Virus record (IMG/VR): IMGVR_UViG_3300036853_000417
Coordinates: 18,151 to 82,150 of that record
DNA length: 64,000 nucleotides
Direction: 5' to 3' (one strand)
DNA from: a virus
Shown: positions 48,644-58,600 of the stretch, piece after piece
Layout of the letters: the number at the start of each line of letters is the position of its first letter
Position numbering within the stretch: position 1 is the stretch's first letter
Program-made: the position numbers and the translations under genes
The notes under the pieces: generated by a model
What the model saw: the letters and a program-made list of their open reading frames with translations, nothing else
What the model was told of the DNA's origin: nothing
The model's database searches: none

Positions 48644-51600
48644 ATGGTAGATGAGACGATATGGAAACTTGGGATTCAACTGGGCAATAGCCAGGCTGTA
48701 CTTGATGGACTCAAGAATGCGCTCTCCTCTGTCAAAGATCGCTTTGCTGAAATCGGCAATCAGGCTACTAAATTTACCTCCAATTTCAAGGCAACAAACA
48801 CCAGTATTGCTGATCTTGGAAGTCGCGCCGCAGCCGCCGGGCTAGACCTCTCTCGATTGACCACCTCTCAAGTCCGGGCATCTGAAGCAGCAAAACGCTT
48901 GGAGCTTGCCCAGGCCCAGGCAACCGCAGCGCTGGCACGTGCCAATGACATGGCAAAAAGTGGTTCTGCTTCTGCCGAAAGGATAGCTGTTGCTTATGCT
49001 CAGGCTACTCTTGCTGCTGCAAGAATAAAGAGTGCAGAGGATGCGGTGAGTGTTGCCATGCAGAAAGTGCAGACAGAAGCAGCACAACTTTCATCTTCTT
49101 TAAACAATAGTACGCACCATACCAATCTCTTTGCCAATGCCATCTCAAGCGCAAAGTCGCATATTGCTAGTTTTCATGCCTCTCTTTCCAGTGCTGCAGA
49201 TAAAGTGGTCGATTTTGGCAGTAAAGCTGGTATGGGTATTTTTGCACTCCAACAAATCGGACAAACAGCCATAAGTGTAGCGCAATCTCTCTTTCAACCA
49301 GCTCTGGCAATCGAGCAGACAAACGTTGCCTTTAAAGGGCTTTTCCAGGGTAATCAACAGGCAGCGGCAGCATTTCTCGACAAACTTCATCAATTCGATG
49401 ATGCCTCTACCTTCTTTGATTGGCCAACACTCACACAATCCTCGCGCTCACTCATTGCGATGAAGGTTGGGGTGGGAGATATCATTCCACTCATGCGTGG
49501 GTTAGGAAACACGATTGCGACGATGGGAGGGGGAACAGATGAAGTAAATAGAGCAGTCCTTGCTATCGGTCAGATGTCAGCCAAGACAAAAATTTCGGCT
49601 GAAGAGATGAATCAGTTAACCGAGGTCGGTATCCCCGGCTGGGACATGCTTTCAGAGTCAATGCATAAGCCAATTCCAGAACTGATGAAAATGTCAGAAC
49701 AAGGGAAATTGCTTTCAGCAGAAGCAATTCCAGCACTGATTCAAGGGATGGAGCGCTTCTCGACTGGTATGGCGGATCAAGCAACGACTGCGGCTGGCAT
49801 GTTTGATCGAATGAAAAACAGCGCAATAAAGGCGCTTATTGCACTCACCTCGCCCATTCTCGAAAGCGCAAAGGGTCAATTTAAAGCAATCGCAGATACC
49901 GTTTCCTCTCCTGCATTCCAGCAATTTGCAACAACGGTCGGGCAAGATATTGCAGGTGCACTGGCAACCGTCAGTGGCTTTCTATCTGGAACCGTTATTC
50001 CAGCAATTCAGACGGCTAACACCTGGATTGGTCAGTTCACCGGAACTGGCAATGCACTCATTCCTGTTTTAGCTGGTATTGGATCTATTGTTGCTGCTGT
50101 TGTTATTCCCGCCCTGGTCAGTCTTGTTGCATCTGTTGGCCCATTTCTACTACTTGGCGCAGCGATAGCTGGACTCACTGCTATCTTTTTACATTTTTAT
50201 AATTCTAATGCAGGTTTTAGAGAATTTATCAACAGTATAGGACAATCTATACAAAACGTATGGAAAATCATATCATCTAATTTCATGCCTGCTCTACAAA
50301 TAGTTGGATCATTTCTTCAGACCACCTTCCAACCCGTGTGGCAACAACTGGTTGATACCTGGCAAACACAACTCCTACCTTCCTGGAATCAACTGATGGT
50401 GGCACTGCAACGAGCAACCCCTCTCTTCCAGCTTATCGGTGTAGCCATCCTCATCATACTTGTTAGTTCCATACGGGCACTGGCAGGGCTGCTTCCCGGC
50501 GTTATTCAGGTTTTCGGAGGAATTGTACAGTTTATTTCAGGCGCAATACAAATAATTACCAATATTATCATGTTTTTTGTTCATTTGTGTACAGGACAGT
50601 TTGATCAGCTAGGAGGTGATCTGGGCGGTATATGGCAGGGTATCGTTACTATGTTTTCAGGTGTTTGGAATATTATCATTGGGATATTCAGGGCAGCAAT
50701 AGGATACATTACTGGATATTTTAGTCCAGTTAGTCAGTTTTTTATCGATAAATTTAATGATGCTAAAAATGGAATAGTAAATGTATTTGGTAATATCGGT
50801 GCATGGTTCGGAGATAGATACAGAGACATACAAAACGTATTTATCGGGATAGGTGCCTGGTTCGGTGATCGATTCCGTGAGATTTCCGCCCCGCTAATGC
50901 CTGTCATCTCATATATTGGCTCAATATTCCAAACACTCTGGAATATTATCATTGCCATTTTTGGCATATTCGGCAAGTGGTTCCGTGACCGGTGGCAGGA
51001 GGTTGTGGTTATTTTCTCTCCTGCTGCTGCTGTATTCCGTTATATATTTACTACCGCGTGGAATGCTGTTACTGGCGTTTTTGCATTTCTTGGAGGGTGG
51101 TTCCGTGATCGGTTGAATGAAGTGATTTCACATGTCATTTCATTCAAAGATAGTGTTATCGGTAAATTTAACGAAGTAAGTGCGGGTGTCAATAATATAT
51201 TTCACAATATGATAAATAGTATAATAGACAGATTAAATAACGGAATCACAGCAGTAGAGAATTTTGTCAACTTTTTTGGACAGGGACTCAACTCTATTGC
51301 AGCAGCACTGGGGACAAGGGGAGTTATCGCAGTTGTTCACTTGAACCGTATCCCCCATTACGCAGAAGGGACAGCAGGGCATCCCGGTGGACCGATGGTC
51401 ATTGGTGAAGAGGGACCCGAACTGGTTATTGCCCCTCGTGGAACAGCCGTTCTTTCAGCGCAGGAAACAAGAGCGTTTTTTTCTGGTCGTATCCCTGGCT
51501 ATGCAGGTGGAATAGGAGATATCACAGGAAGCATCATAGGTTGGATTGCAGGTGGAGCAAAATCCATTTTAGATAATGTCATAAGAGCTATGGGTATTTC

Positions 51601-52387
51601 TACTCCTAACATGGGAGGGTTTGGTGATATCGGGTCTGCTCTCTTTGAGAAAGTCAAATCCTGGGCTGTCGGTTGGATTGATTCGATTCTTCCCAAGTTT
51701 GACTTTGGTGGAGGCACTGCGGCTCCAGGTGATGTGCAAAGTTGGATTGCAGCAGCTATGGCAATTACCAGTGTGCCCGGTAGTTGGGCAGGTGCTCTTG
51801 CAACGATTGCAATGCATGAGTCAGGAGGTAATCCAAGAGCAATCAATCTGAACGACATCAATGCGATAAACGGAGACCCTTCACGTGGACTCTTTCAGAC
51901 CATTGGTGCAACATTTAGAGCGTATGCGCTTGCTGGACATGGAGATATCTACAACCCTGTAGACAATGCTATTGCGGCTATTCGCTATATTTTAGCACGA
52001 TATGGGAGTGTTTTTAATGTTCCTGGTATTGCGTCTATGGCACGTGGAGGTGCTTATGTTGGCTATGCACTTGGTGGAATGATCAACGAGCCTATAGCAG
52101 GACTAGGATTGCGCAGTGGAACAAGCTACATGTTCGGTGAACGCGGGCCAGAACTGGTGACACCTGCCTTTGCTTCTCCTCGTCCTGCCAATGACCAGAC
52201 AACACAATACCTGGCACAAATGGTAGCATTGCTCGCACAAATCGTAACATTGCAAAGACAAAATAGTGGAAATGTCACGACAAATAACAATGTAAATATG
52301 AATCCAGTAGATGTTCAGAGAATGAATCAAATCATGCAGTCGCTCAGCGGATATGGATATGAGGGGGTGTCACGTGGTGCATTTTAA
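48644..52387 (+). CDS. tape measure protein with C-terminal lytic transglycosylase domain
   Basis: 1247 aa, AEEMNQL tape-measure domain, W/F periodic repeats, HESGGNP...GLFQ SLT motif. Confidence 0.9.
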   Translation: MVDETIWKLGIQLGNSQAVLDGLKNALSSVKDRFAEIGNQATKFTSNFKATNTSIADLGSRAAAAGLDLSRLTTSQVRASEAAKRLELAQAQATAALARANDMAKSGSASAERIAVAYAQATLAAARIKSAEDAVSVAMQKVQTEAAQLSSSLNNSTHHTNLFANAISSAKSHIASFHASLSSAADKVVDFGSKAGMGIFALQQIGQTAISVAQSLFQPALAIEQTNVAFKGLFQGNQQAAAAFLDKLHQFDDASTFFDWPTLTQSSRSLIAMKVGVGDIIPLMRGLGNTIATMGGGTDEVNRAVLAIGQMSAKTKISAEEMNQLTEVGIPGWDMLSESMHKPIPELMKMSEQGKLLSAEAIPALIQGMERFSTGMADQATTAAGMFDRMKNSAIKALIALTSPILESAKGQFKAIADTVSSPAFQQFATTVGQDIAGALATVSGFLSGTVIPAIQTANTWIGQFTGTGNALIPVLAGIGSIVAAVVIPALVSLVASVGPFLLLGAAIAGLTAIFLHFYNSNAGFREFINSIGQSIQNVWKIISSNFMPALQIVGSFLQTTFQPVWQQLVDTWQTQLLPSWNQLMVALQRATPLFQLIGVAILIILVSSIRALAGLLPGVIQVFGGIVQFISGAIQIITNIIMFFVHLCTGQFDQLGGDLGGIWQGIVTMFSGVWNIIIGIFRAAIGYITGYFSPVSQFFIDKFNDAKNGIVNVFGNIGAWFGDRYRDIQNVFIGIGAWFGDRFREISAPLMPVISYIGSIFQTLWNIIIAIFGIFGKWFRDRWQEVVVIFSPAAAVFRYIFTTAWNAVTGVFAFLGGWFRDRLNEVISHVISFKDSVIGKFNEVSAGVNNIFHNMINSIIDRLNNGITAVENFVNFFGQGLNSIAAALGTRGVIAVVHLNRIPHYAEGTAGHPGGPMVIGEEGPELVIAPRGTAVLSAQETRAFFSGRIPGYAGGIGDITGSIIGWIAGGAKSILDNVIRAMGISTPNMGGFGDIGSALFEKVKSWAVGWIDSILPKFDFGGGTAAPGDVQSWIAAAMAITSVPGSWAGALATIAMHESGGNPRAINLNDINAINGDPSRGLFQTIGATFRAYALAGHGDIYNPVDNAIAAIRYILARYGSVFNVPGIASMARGGAYVGYALGGMINEPIAGLGLRSGTSYMFGERGPELVTPAFASPRPANDQTTQYLAQMVALLAQIVTLQRQNSGNVTTNNNVNMNPVDVQRMNQIMQSLSGYGYEGVSRGAF

Positions 52388-52388
52388 G

Positions 52389-52568
52389 TTACTCTTGTTT
52401 GGGTGGGATTTTCACCGGAAAAGGAAACTCATTTCCTGGAAACCATATAAGCGTGTATCCATACTCAATCAATCTCTGATGAACTTCTTCCCATGTTTCG
52501 GGCGTCCATTCTGGAACGTATCCCAGGACCTGCTTTATCAACTCTTGTGGCATAGGAATATCTGGCAT
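52389..52568 (-). CDS. small reverse-oriented hypothetical protein
   Basis: AAGGAGG RBS and TGTTATACT -10 upstream on the minus strand. Confidence 0.5.
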   Translation of the reverse strand: MPDIPMPQELIKQVLGYVPEWTPETWEEVHQRLIEYGYTLIWFPGNEFPFPVKIPPKQE

Positions 52569-52618
52569 AATCTTTGTCCTCCTTTTAACAGTATAACACA
52601 GGTGGGAGGGACATCCTG

Positions 52619-53692
52619 ATGACTGCAAGTTACTTTTTTGGGTCCTTTCAACTCAATGCTAATTCAGGAGGCAGAGGCTATTTTATCCAGTCAAAGCCCT
52701 TTAGTTCTCCGGTAGTGAGTCCTGTCTTCTTTCCTATCGCACGTCTGTGGACAATGAAAAAATCGGGAGAAACGACTAGTCCTCGTGAGATTATGATGGA
52801 TATCAAGGTGGTCGGTTCATCTCGATCTGACTTGATAGCTCGATTGCGTACGTTGCAGCAGGGTCTTTTGCCAAGATCACAGACACTGCTCGTTGATGAC
52901 ACCAATACGTGCCAGTATCAGAGTGTTGATTGTGTTTCAGCCGAGACAACACTTGGTAAGGGTAATCTTATCGCGTGTGTGGTGCAATGCAAATTTCTGG
53001 CAACTGACCCATTTGCTTATGCCGTTTCCTCCTCCTCCTATGATACCGGAACTGTTGCCCTGACACTGGCCAATTCACTCTGGAATTTTGCAGCCATCAA
53101 CGTGGCCGGTGGAGGGAATTATTATAGTTTTCCACTCTTCCACATTATCAACAAAACGAGCACAGGAAGTACAACGCTTACTACTGCTCGAAATTCAGGA
53201 ACCGCTTACACCACACTTCCAGTGAGTGCTACCTCTTTTAGTGCTTCAATTGGGGATACACTTCAGCTATCCAGTGGAGGAAACAGTCAAAATGTCATCG
53301 TCGCTACGGCGTTCTCGGTGGGGGCAACCACACTTACGGTTAACTCGTTTGTTGCCAATGCAACCTATGGGATAGGAGCAGCCGTTACCAAGGTTACTCA
53401 GTGGAATGCGATCAGTATCTCACAGATACAAGATTCTTTCACTCTCACCGCAAATTCAACCTCGACCGTACCGTTGCCAAATCTCAACGGCGATTATGTT
53501 GATGTCCTTTGTGATCCTGCTGTAGTAAACGGCATGAGTATCCAGACCAATTCATCTGGCAAAAATTCTGATTTTAGTGGGATACCTCCGGTTTTAGAGT
53601 ATAGTACGACCACCTTCAATATAGCCATATCCTGTGCTTCTGCTGTAAGTGCACAGTGCATCATTTCATGGAATGCGAGGCATATCTCATGA
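52619..53692 (+). CDS. distal tail (Dit-like) protein
   Basis: follows the tape measure gene; FLATDPFAY motif. Confidence 0.65.
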   Translation: MTASYFFGSFQLNANSGGRGYFIQSKPFSSPVVSPVFFPIARLWTMKKSGETTSPREIMMDIKVVGSSRSDLIARLRTLQQGLLPRSQTLLVDDTNTCQYQSVDCVSAETTLGKGNLIACVVQCKFLATDPFAYAVSSSSYDTGTVALTLANSLWNFAAINVAGGGNYYSFPLFHIINKTSTGSTTLTTARNSGTAYTTLPVSATSFSASIGDTLQLSSGGNSQNVIVATAFSVGATTLTVNSFVANATYGIGAAVTKVTQWNAISISQIQDSFTLTANSTSTVPLPNLNGDYVDVLCDPAVVNGMSIQTNSSGKNSDFSGIPPVLEYSTTTFNIAISCASAVSAQCIISWNARHIS

Positions 53693-55611
53693 TTCTTGAA
53701 TTTGATAGCGGAGTACGCATCTCGGTGCTGGCTAATTCCTGGGGAACTGCTTCTGATAGGAGATCGTGGGTAACTACTTCAGGAAGTAACACGAAAACAA
53801 CAATAACACAACTACAGTTTTATAATAGTGCAGAATCTTTTGGAGTTATTGGCACAAATAATAACCTTGACTGTATAATCACTGCTCGTATTGTAAAGAC
53901 AGTCACCGCAGACACACCAGGGTTGCTTCTTCGCTATACGGATGTCAATAACTTTATCAAACTTGACTTTAGTAGCGGTTCACTCAGGATTCGCAAGCGC
54001 GTTGCAGGAGTGAATACCAATGTAGTAACTACTGCTGTTACGATGAATAACAGTACCAACTACTGGTTTAAGATGCAGGTCATTGGTACAACGTATAGTG
54101 CTAAATTCTGGCAGGATGGGACAACGGAACCTGATTGGATGCTATCTGGAACAGCATCTGATCCTGCATTACAGCGCGGTCTATGGGGATTGTATGGGAG
54201 TCCTACCACTTCTGCTGCTCTATCATTTGACTCATTTAGTGTATCGAGCGTCGTTCACACCCCTGTCTCAGACCAGGATCAGAATATCTATAAATTTCAG
54301 ATCGTCAAAGTATACGATCCAACGGGTCTCTTCATTGATGTAATCCGTGATGCTCCCCTACTCTCTTTTCAAGAAAATATCAATGCAGCCGCATCTACAG
54401 TTACTATGACACTTTCCAGGTCATTCGATGCTTATGATGGACTCTACCAGCCAGGAAGTAAAAACACCATTGCTAAAGGAAACATCGTGCAGTGGTGGAT
54501 CTATGGTGCTGGACTCCCTTCCAGTGGACTTCTCAAGTATGCAGGACGCATTGATGAAATTACACCAAAGATTGGAGAAGATAGAAGTGAAAGCATCAAT
54601 GTGCTTGTTACGAGCTGGTCACAAATTGCTTTTGGCGACCATGGTGTGACCACTGCTATCACGTTTGGAACTGTCGGAGATCCCAGCACCTATATTGATA
54701 CAGGAGCAATTTTCAGGAGCTTCTTCACCGGCTCCTACATAGATCGTACAGGAACCACTATCAGCACTATGGACGCCACGACTGGTAAGCCCTATGCTGA
54801 TCCCTATACATTAGATGCCAGCAGTACATCTCTCACTGGCAATGAAACACAGATCAAGGCCGAGAATCAACCAGTGGTTAACGCGTTATCCAATGTGGTT
54901 CTCCTTTCTCCTACCAACTACTACTTCAGACCAGGCCCTGACCAGATTGCATACTTCGGTCCTATTCCTACAGACCCCAAGCATATCCTGCTTCTTGGGA
55001 AACACATCTCTTCCATTGAATACTCGCAAAGTAATATTCCGCGTAAAAACCTCATTATTGTGCAAGGAAATGGAGTACAGGGCAAATACATCGGTTCTAG
55101 CATTTCAACGATTGGACAGCGTTTTTATGGCAAGAGTGATAATCGCATTACCGATGTTGCGACCGCACAGGCTCTTGCCGATGGGCTGGGGGCTATGCTT
55201 GATCGAGACCAGATCCGAGCAAAGGTCAAAATTCCTGATTATAGGGGAGACCAGTTGTCGGGACTTGGGTATGACATTGAGACCTTTATGGTCGGTCAAC
55301 CAATCAAGATTATTGATGCACGTGCGCCAACAAGCTCTATTACAGGACAGGGCATGGTTTGGGGGAGTGCGATATGGGGGGGAGATAAGTGGGGAAGTTC
55401 ATCAAATCCAGCGGCTGTCTGGGGAAGTTTTACGTGGGGGAATGTTGTGTGGGGTTCAACGGTTGGAAGCATTTTCAACACGGTTGTTACGATTGTTTCT
55501 ATTCAATACGATTTCTTCTCTTGCACATTGGAGATTGGATTTCGCGCTCCTACACTTAATCGCAAGATTTACGAAATACAGACATTATTACAGGATGCAA
55601 CACTCGTTTAG
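53689..55611 (+). CDS. tail tip/baseplate hub protein with N-terminal lectin-like domain
   Basis: synteny; YAGRIDEI; C-terminal WG pentapeptide repeats. Confidence 0.6.
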   Translation: MILEFDSGVRISVLANSWGTASDRRSWVTTSGSNTKTTITQLQFYNSAESFGVIGTNNNLDCIITARIVKTVTADTPGLLLRYTDVNNFIKLDFSSGSLRIRKRVAGVNTNVVTTAVTMNNSTNYWFKMQVIGTTYSAKFWQDGTTEPDWMLSGTASDPALQRGLWGLYGSPTTSAALSFDSFSVSSVVHTPVSDQDQNIYKFQIVKVYDPTGLFIDVIRDAPLLSFQENINAAASTVTMTLSRSFDAYDGLYQPGSKNTIAKGNIVQWWIYGAGLPSSGLLKYAGRIDEITPKIGEDRSESINVLVTSWSQIAFGDHGVTTAITFGTVGDPSTYIDTGAIFRSFFTGSYIDRTGTTISTMDATTGKPYADPYTLDASSTSLTGNETQIKAENQPVVNALSNVVLLSPTNYYFRPGPDQIAYFGPIPTDPKHILLLGKHISSIEYSQSNIPRKNLIIVQGNGVQGKYIGSSISTIGQRFYGKSDNRITDVATAQALADGLGAMLDRDQIRAKVKIPDYRGDQLSGLGYDIETFMVGQPIKIIDARAPTSSITGQGMVWGSAIWGGDKWGSSSNPAAVWGSFTWGNVVWGSTVGSIFNTVVTIVSIQYDFFSCTLEIGFRAPTLNRKIYEIQTLLQDATLV

Positions 55612-55623
55612 GAGGAGGGCTAT

Positions 55624-56178
55624 ATGGCAACGGGAATAGTTGGTGCAAGTTTAACAACACTTACTAATGGTACAACGGCTAATGCTACCGATGTCCTGGG
55701 CAATGATCAGGCGCTCAAGAATAACGGAGTTGACAACTGTGGAGGACAGATTCAAACAGATGGCGCAGGAGGTTTGACTGTTGTCAAAGTGAGTAATAGC
55801 CAGGGTGTGATACGGGGTGCATTTGTCGAAACAACGCCGTATCGATTTGCATCGGGTGCAAGCATTTTGAGTGGTAATACCATTGTCTACCCGATTACTG
55901 GTAATGGTTCTCCTGCGATTCCAGCAGGGACAACCTTCGTGTATGTATCCTGCTTTTGGGTCGGGAGCGCCGCAGGAACATATGTCCAAATATATCCACT
56001 TGGAGGAACCAATACCGATCCAAGCAACTGGCCACTCATGGGTCAGGCACAGGTATCCAGTGGGCAGGTCGCGGCATCGGCAGTATGCGCACTGGATGTA
56101 ACTGGGAATCTTGTTGTCAAGGCATCAGGAGGAAATGTCAGTGGTTTTAACGCCAGCGTCTATGGCTATGTCTATTAG
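55624..56178 (+). CDS. putative tail fiber/receptor-binding protein
   Basis: synteny, beta-rich composition. Confidence 0.45.
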   Translation: MATGIVGASLTTLTNGTTANATDVLGNDQALKNNGVDNCGGQIQTDGAGGLTVVKVSNSQGVIRGAFVETTPYRFASGASILSGNTIVYPITGNGSPAIPAGTTFVYVSCFWVGSAAGTYVQIYPLGGTNTDPSNWPLMGQAQVSSGQVAASAVCALDVTGNLVVKASGGNVSGFNASVYGYVY

Positions 56179-56215
56179 GTTGTAGGGATGTCTAGTTGAC
56201 GACAGGATAGCACTT

Positions 56216-56593
56216 ATGTGGGAACAAATTATTAGCACATTCATACTCACCTTCGGCATTCCTTTTGCTGTCGGGCTATCTATCCATTGGACAAGAATCC
56301 TTGCCCAGAAATTGCCTGAGCAACAGAGACATGCATTGGAGCAATTTGCGAAGATAGCAGTACAGAGTGTAGAGCAAGAATATCTCAATGATCCAGGTAA
56401 AGCCGACAAGCCTAAAAAGCGACTCGCTGAGGACGCTATCATAAAACTCTTCAGTGAATTTAATCTTCCTGTTCCGTCCAGAGAGTCTATTGGCATTGTG
56501 ATAGAAGCGGCAGTATTATCGCTCCCCAAGCCACAAGATCTTCCTCCATCAAGACCCTCTCCTGATAGAGGTCCTCCGGTGGAAGGGAAGTAA
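56216..56593 (+). CDS. holin (LL-H-like)
   Basis: N-terminal TM, AKIAVQSVEQ...IEAAV. Confidence 0.7.
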   Translation: MWEQIISTFILTFGIPFAVGLSIHWTRILAQKLPEQQRHALEQFAKIAVQSVEQEYLNDPGKADKPKKRLAEDAIIKLFSEFNLPVPSRESIGIVIEAAVLSLPKPQDLPPSRPSPDRGPPVEGK

Positions 56594-56597
56594 ATAG

Positions 56598-57113
56598 ATG
56601 GCTGAAGACGAACCCATCCCTATGCGAGAATTTCTAGAACGTATTGTGGACGAGCGTGATCGGCAATACGATATGCGCTTTCGGGCGGCGGAAATTGCGG
56701 TTCAGGCGGCGCTTCTAGCACAGAAGGAGGCCGTGACCAGTGCCTTCGCAGCTTCAGAGAAAGCCATTATCAAGGCAGAAGAAGCACAAAAGGACTACAA
56801 TCTGAGATCAAATGAGTTTAGGGGTCAGCTTGACGATCAGGCGAAACTCCTCATGCAACGAGCGGAAGCGCTTGGCTTGTTCAAGGCGCACGATGATAAA
56901 CTTGAAGCAATGCGCATCTTTTTTGAAAGCAGGTTAGAGAGCCAGCGGCTCGCCTTTGACAAGAGCGTGGAAAACCTAACAAAAGAAATAGCGGGCCTGC
57001 GTGAATCCCGTAGCGAAATAGGAGGTAAATCCACAGGGGCAAACGCATTGTGGGGCTACCTCGTAGGAATTGCTGGCATTGCTATGGCACTGGCTTTTCA
57101 TTTTATCAAGTAG
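56598..57113 (+). CDS. coiled-coil protein with C-terminal TM segment
   Basis: ASEKAIIKAE, NEFRGQL, C-terminal hydrophobic helix. Confidence 0.6.
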   Translation: MAEDEPIPMREFLERIVDERDRQYDMRFRAAEIAVQAALLAQKEAVTSAFAASEKAIIKAEEAQKDYNLRSNEFRGQLDDQAKLLMQRAEALGLFKAHDDKLEAMRIFFESRLESQRLAFDKSVENLTKEIAGLRESRSEIGGKSTGANALWGYLVGIAGIAMALAFHFIK

Positions 57114-57249
57114 AGATTGACAAAAATGGCATATAATAAAAAAGTAGTGGAAGTGTGAGCCAAACATACACAAATGCTACGACACTGTGAGGCAGGCCCC
57201 CCTCCTGCCTTCTTTGTATATACAGACATACTGTTGTAAGGATGAATAT

Positions 57250-57549
57250 ATGAGTTCACTTTTTGATAGCAAGGTCTATCAACGTCGCAATGGGACGCCG
57301 TGGGCAGAAATGAGTCTTTCTGCATTTATGCACGAAATGATGTTTAATGGAGAGGTCACATTTACCTGTAAATATCGTCCTGATGTTGCATCTCGCCAGT
57401 GGTATACCATTGAGTGGACAGATGAGGATGGAGTGCAGCATACCCAATGTGCTCAGGAATGGGATCTCTGTTTGTGGAGAGCTGCTCAGATAGAGCTACA
57501 GACAAGAGAGCAGGGGAAGATAGCTGAGAAAAGGACCACAAAGCCATGA
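57250..57549 (+). CDS. hypothetical protein
   Basis: AAGGA RBS. Confidence 0.5.
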   Translation: MSSLFDSKVYQRRNGTPWAEMSLSAFMHEMMFNGEVTFTCKYRPDVASRQWYTIEWTDEDGVQHTQCAQEWDLCLWRAAQIELQTREQGKIAEKRTTKP

Positions 57550-57709
57550 ATAATGGCTTTGTGTTTGTTGTAGAAAGGGCTAGTCTCATACAATGAAGTC
57601 CAACACAACAGCGCGAGGGACAATCTTCAACACAGTCTCTCCCACACCACTATGTTATTCTTGAGTATAACAGATACCTGGATAAAAAACAAGTACACGT
57701 ACATATTAG

Positions 57710-57955
57710 TTATGCGTGTTCCACAATCTGCATATGCTCATTGAGCGCAAGTCCGATTGTCTCAAGCCATGCATTGATCGTAGCAATAGCCCAGAAACGC
57801 GTTCCAATGCGCCAGTCATATGCACTGGTAATTCCTTGCCCTTCCATCCAACAAAGGAATGCTTCAGGATTATCAGGCTTTTCTGTCTGGATAAGACCGA
57901 CCTCAATGCCATGACCATGCACAATTTCACAGCCATTTGGTAATACTTTATACAT
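57710..57955 (-). CDS. hypothetical protein
   Basis: coupled to the upstream HTH gene, GAGGAG RBS. Confidence 0.55.
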   Translation of the reverse strand: MYKVLPNGCEIVHGHGIEVGLIQTEKPDNPEAFLCWMEGQGITSAYDWRIGTRFWAIATINAWLETIGLALNEHMQIVEHA

Positions 57956-58478
57956 TCTCCTCCTCCTCCTCTCTTTCTTCTGGAATCTTGAGGCCCTGAG
58001 CCATCAGACCCAGTTCAGATATCACCCATCGTTCAGAGATTTTGAATGCTCCTACTATTTCTCTGCGGGATACTTTGTTTTTAAGCGTACCGACGTTCAG
58101 GTTGTTAGCTCTTGCTACCTGATCAAGACTGAAGATACGATTGCGTGCGGTAGCAACCGCAAATAACGCGGAAAAAATCGCAACCATTTCAATTCCTCCC
58201 TGCTGAACTATCTCAACAAGCCAATCCATATCTTCCTGTCGATGTAAGAGTCTCATGTCGGATGATACAATTGCCATGTACATCCCAAGAAATTCGATTA
58301 AAAACTGTTGCTTTACTGCATCAGACATGGAAGCAGTTTTGACAAGTGTTGAAAATCGATCTAGCGTTCCCCGCACTGATGGAACTTCTGGATGTTTTTC
58401 TCTCCATCTTCTATTCATGGCAGTTGAGAGTATAGCTGCATATTGATTAAAATGTGGGTTACTGAGTACTTCTTTCAT
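57948..58478 (-). CDS. helical N-domain (Cas11-like?) fused to C-terminal excisionase-type HTH
   Basis: FSLDQVARANNLNVGTLKNKV...GAFKISERWVIS HTH-wing; own operator-bearing promoter. Confidence 0.6.
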   Translation of the reverse strand: MKEVLSNPHFNQYAAILSTAMNRRWREKHPEVPSVRGTLDRFSTLVKTASMSDAVKQQFLIEFLGMYMAIVSSDMRLLHRQEDMDWLVEIVQQGGIEMVAIFSALFAVATARNRIFSLDQVARANNLNVGTLKNKVSRREIVGAFKISERWVISELGLMAQGLKIPEEREEEEENV

Positions 58479-58496
58479 TTTTTGATCCTTTCTTTT

Positions 58497-58540
58497 TGCG
58501 CTAGCGCATTTATTTTATTCGCTAGCGTACTTTTTGTCAA
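58497..58540 (-). promoter_or_regulatory. promoter with two CGCTAGCG operators
   Basis: TTGACA-17-TAAAAT; palindromes at 58497-58508 and 58520-58527. Confidence 0.7.
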
Positions 58541-58600
58541 GGAAATCCAGGATTAGCAAGCACTGATATAATAAGGATAAAAAGACATGGAGATGTAGGG

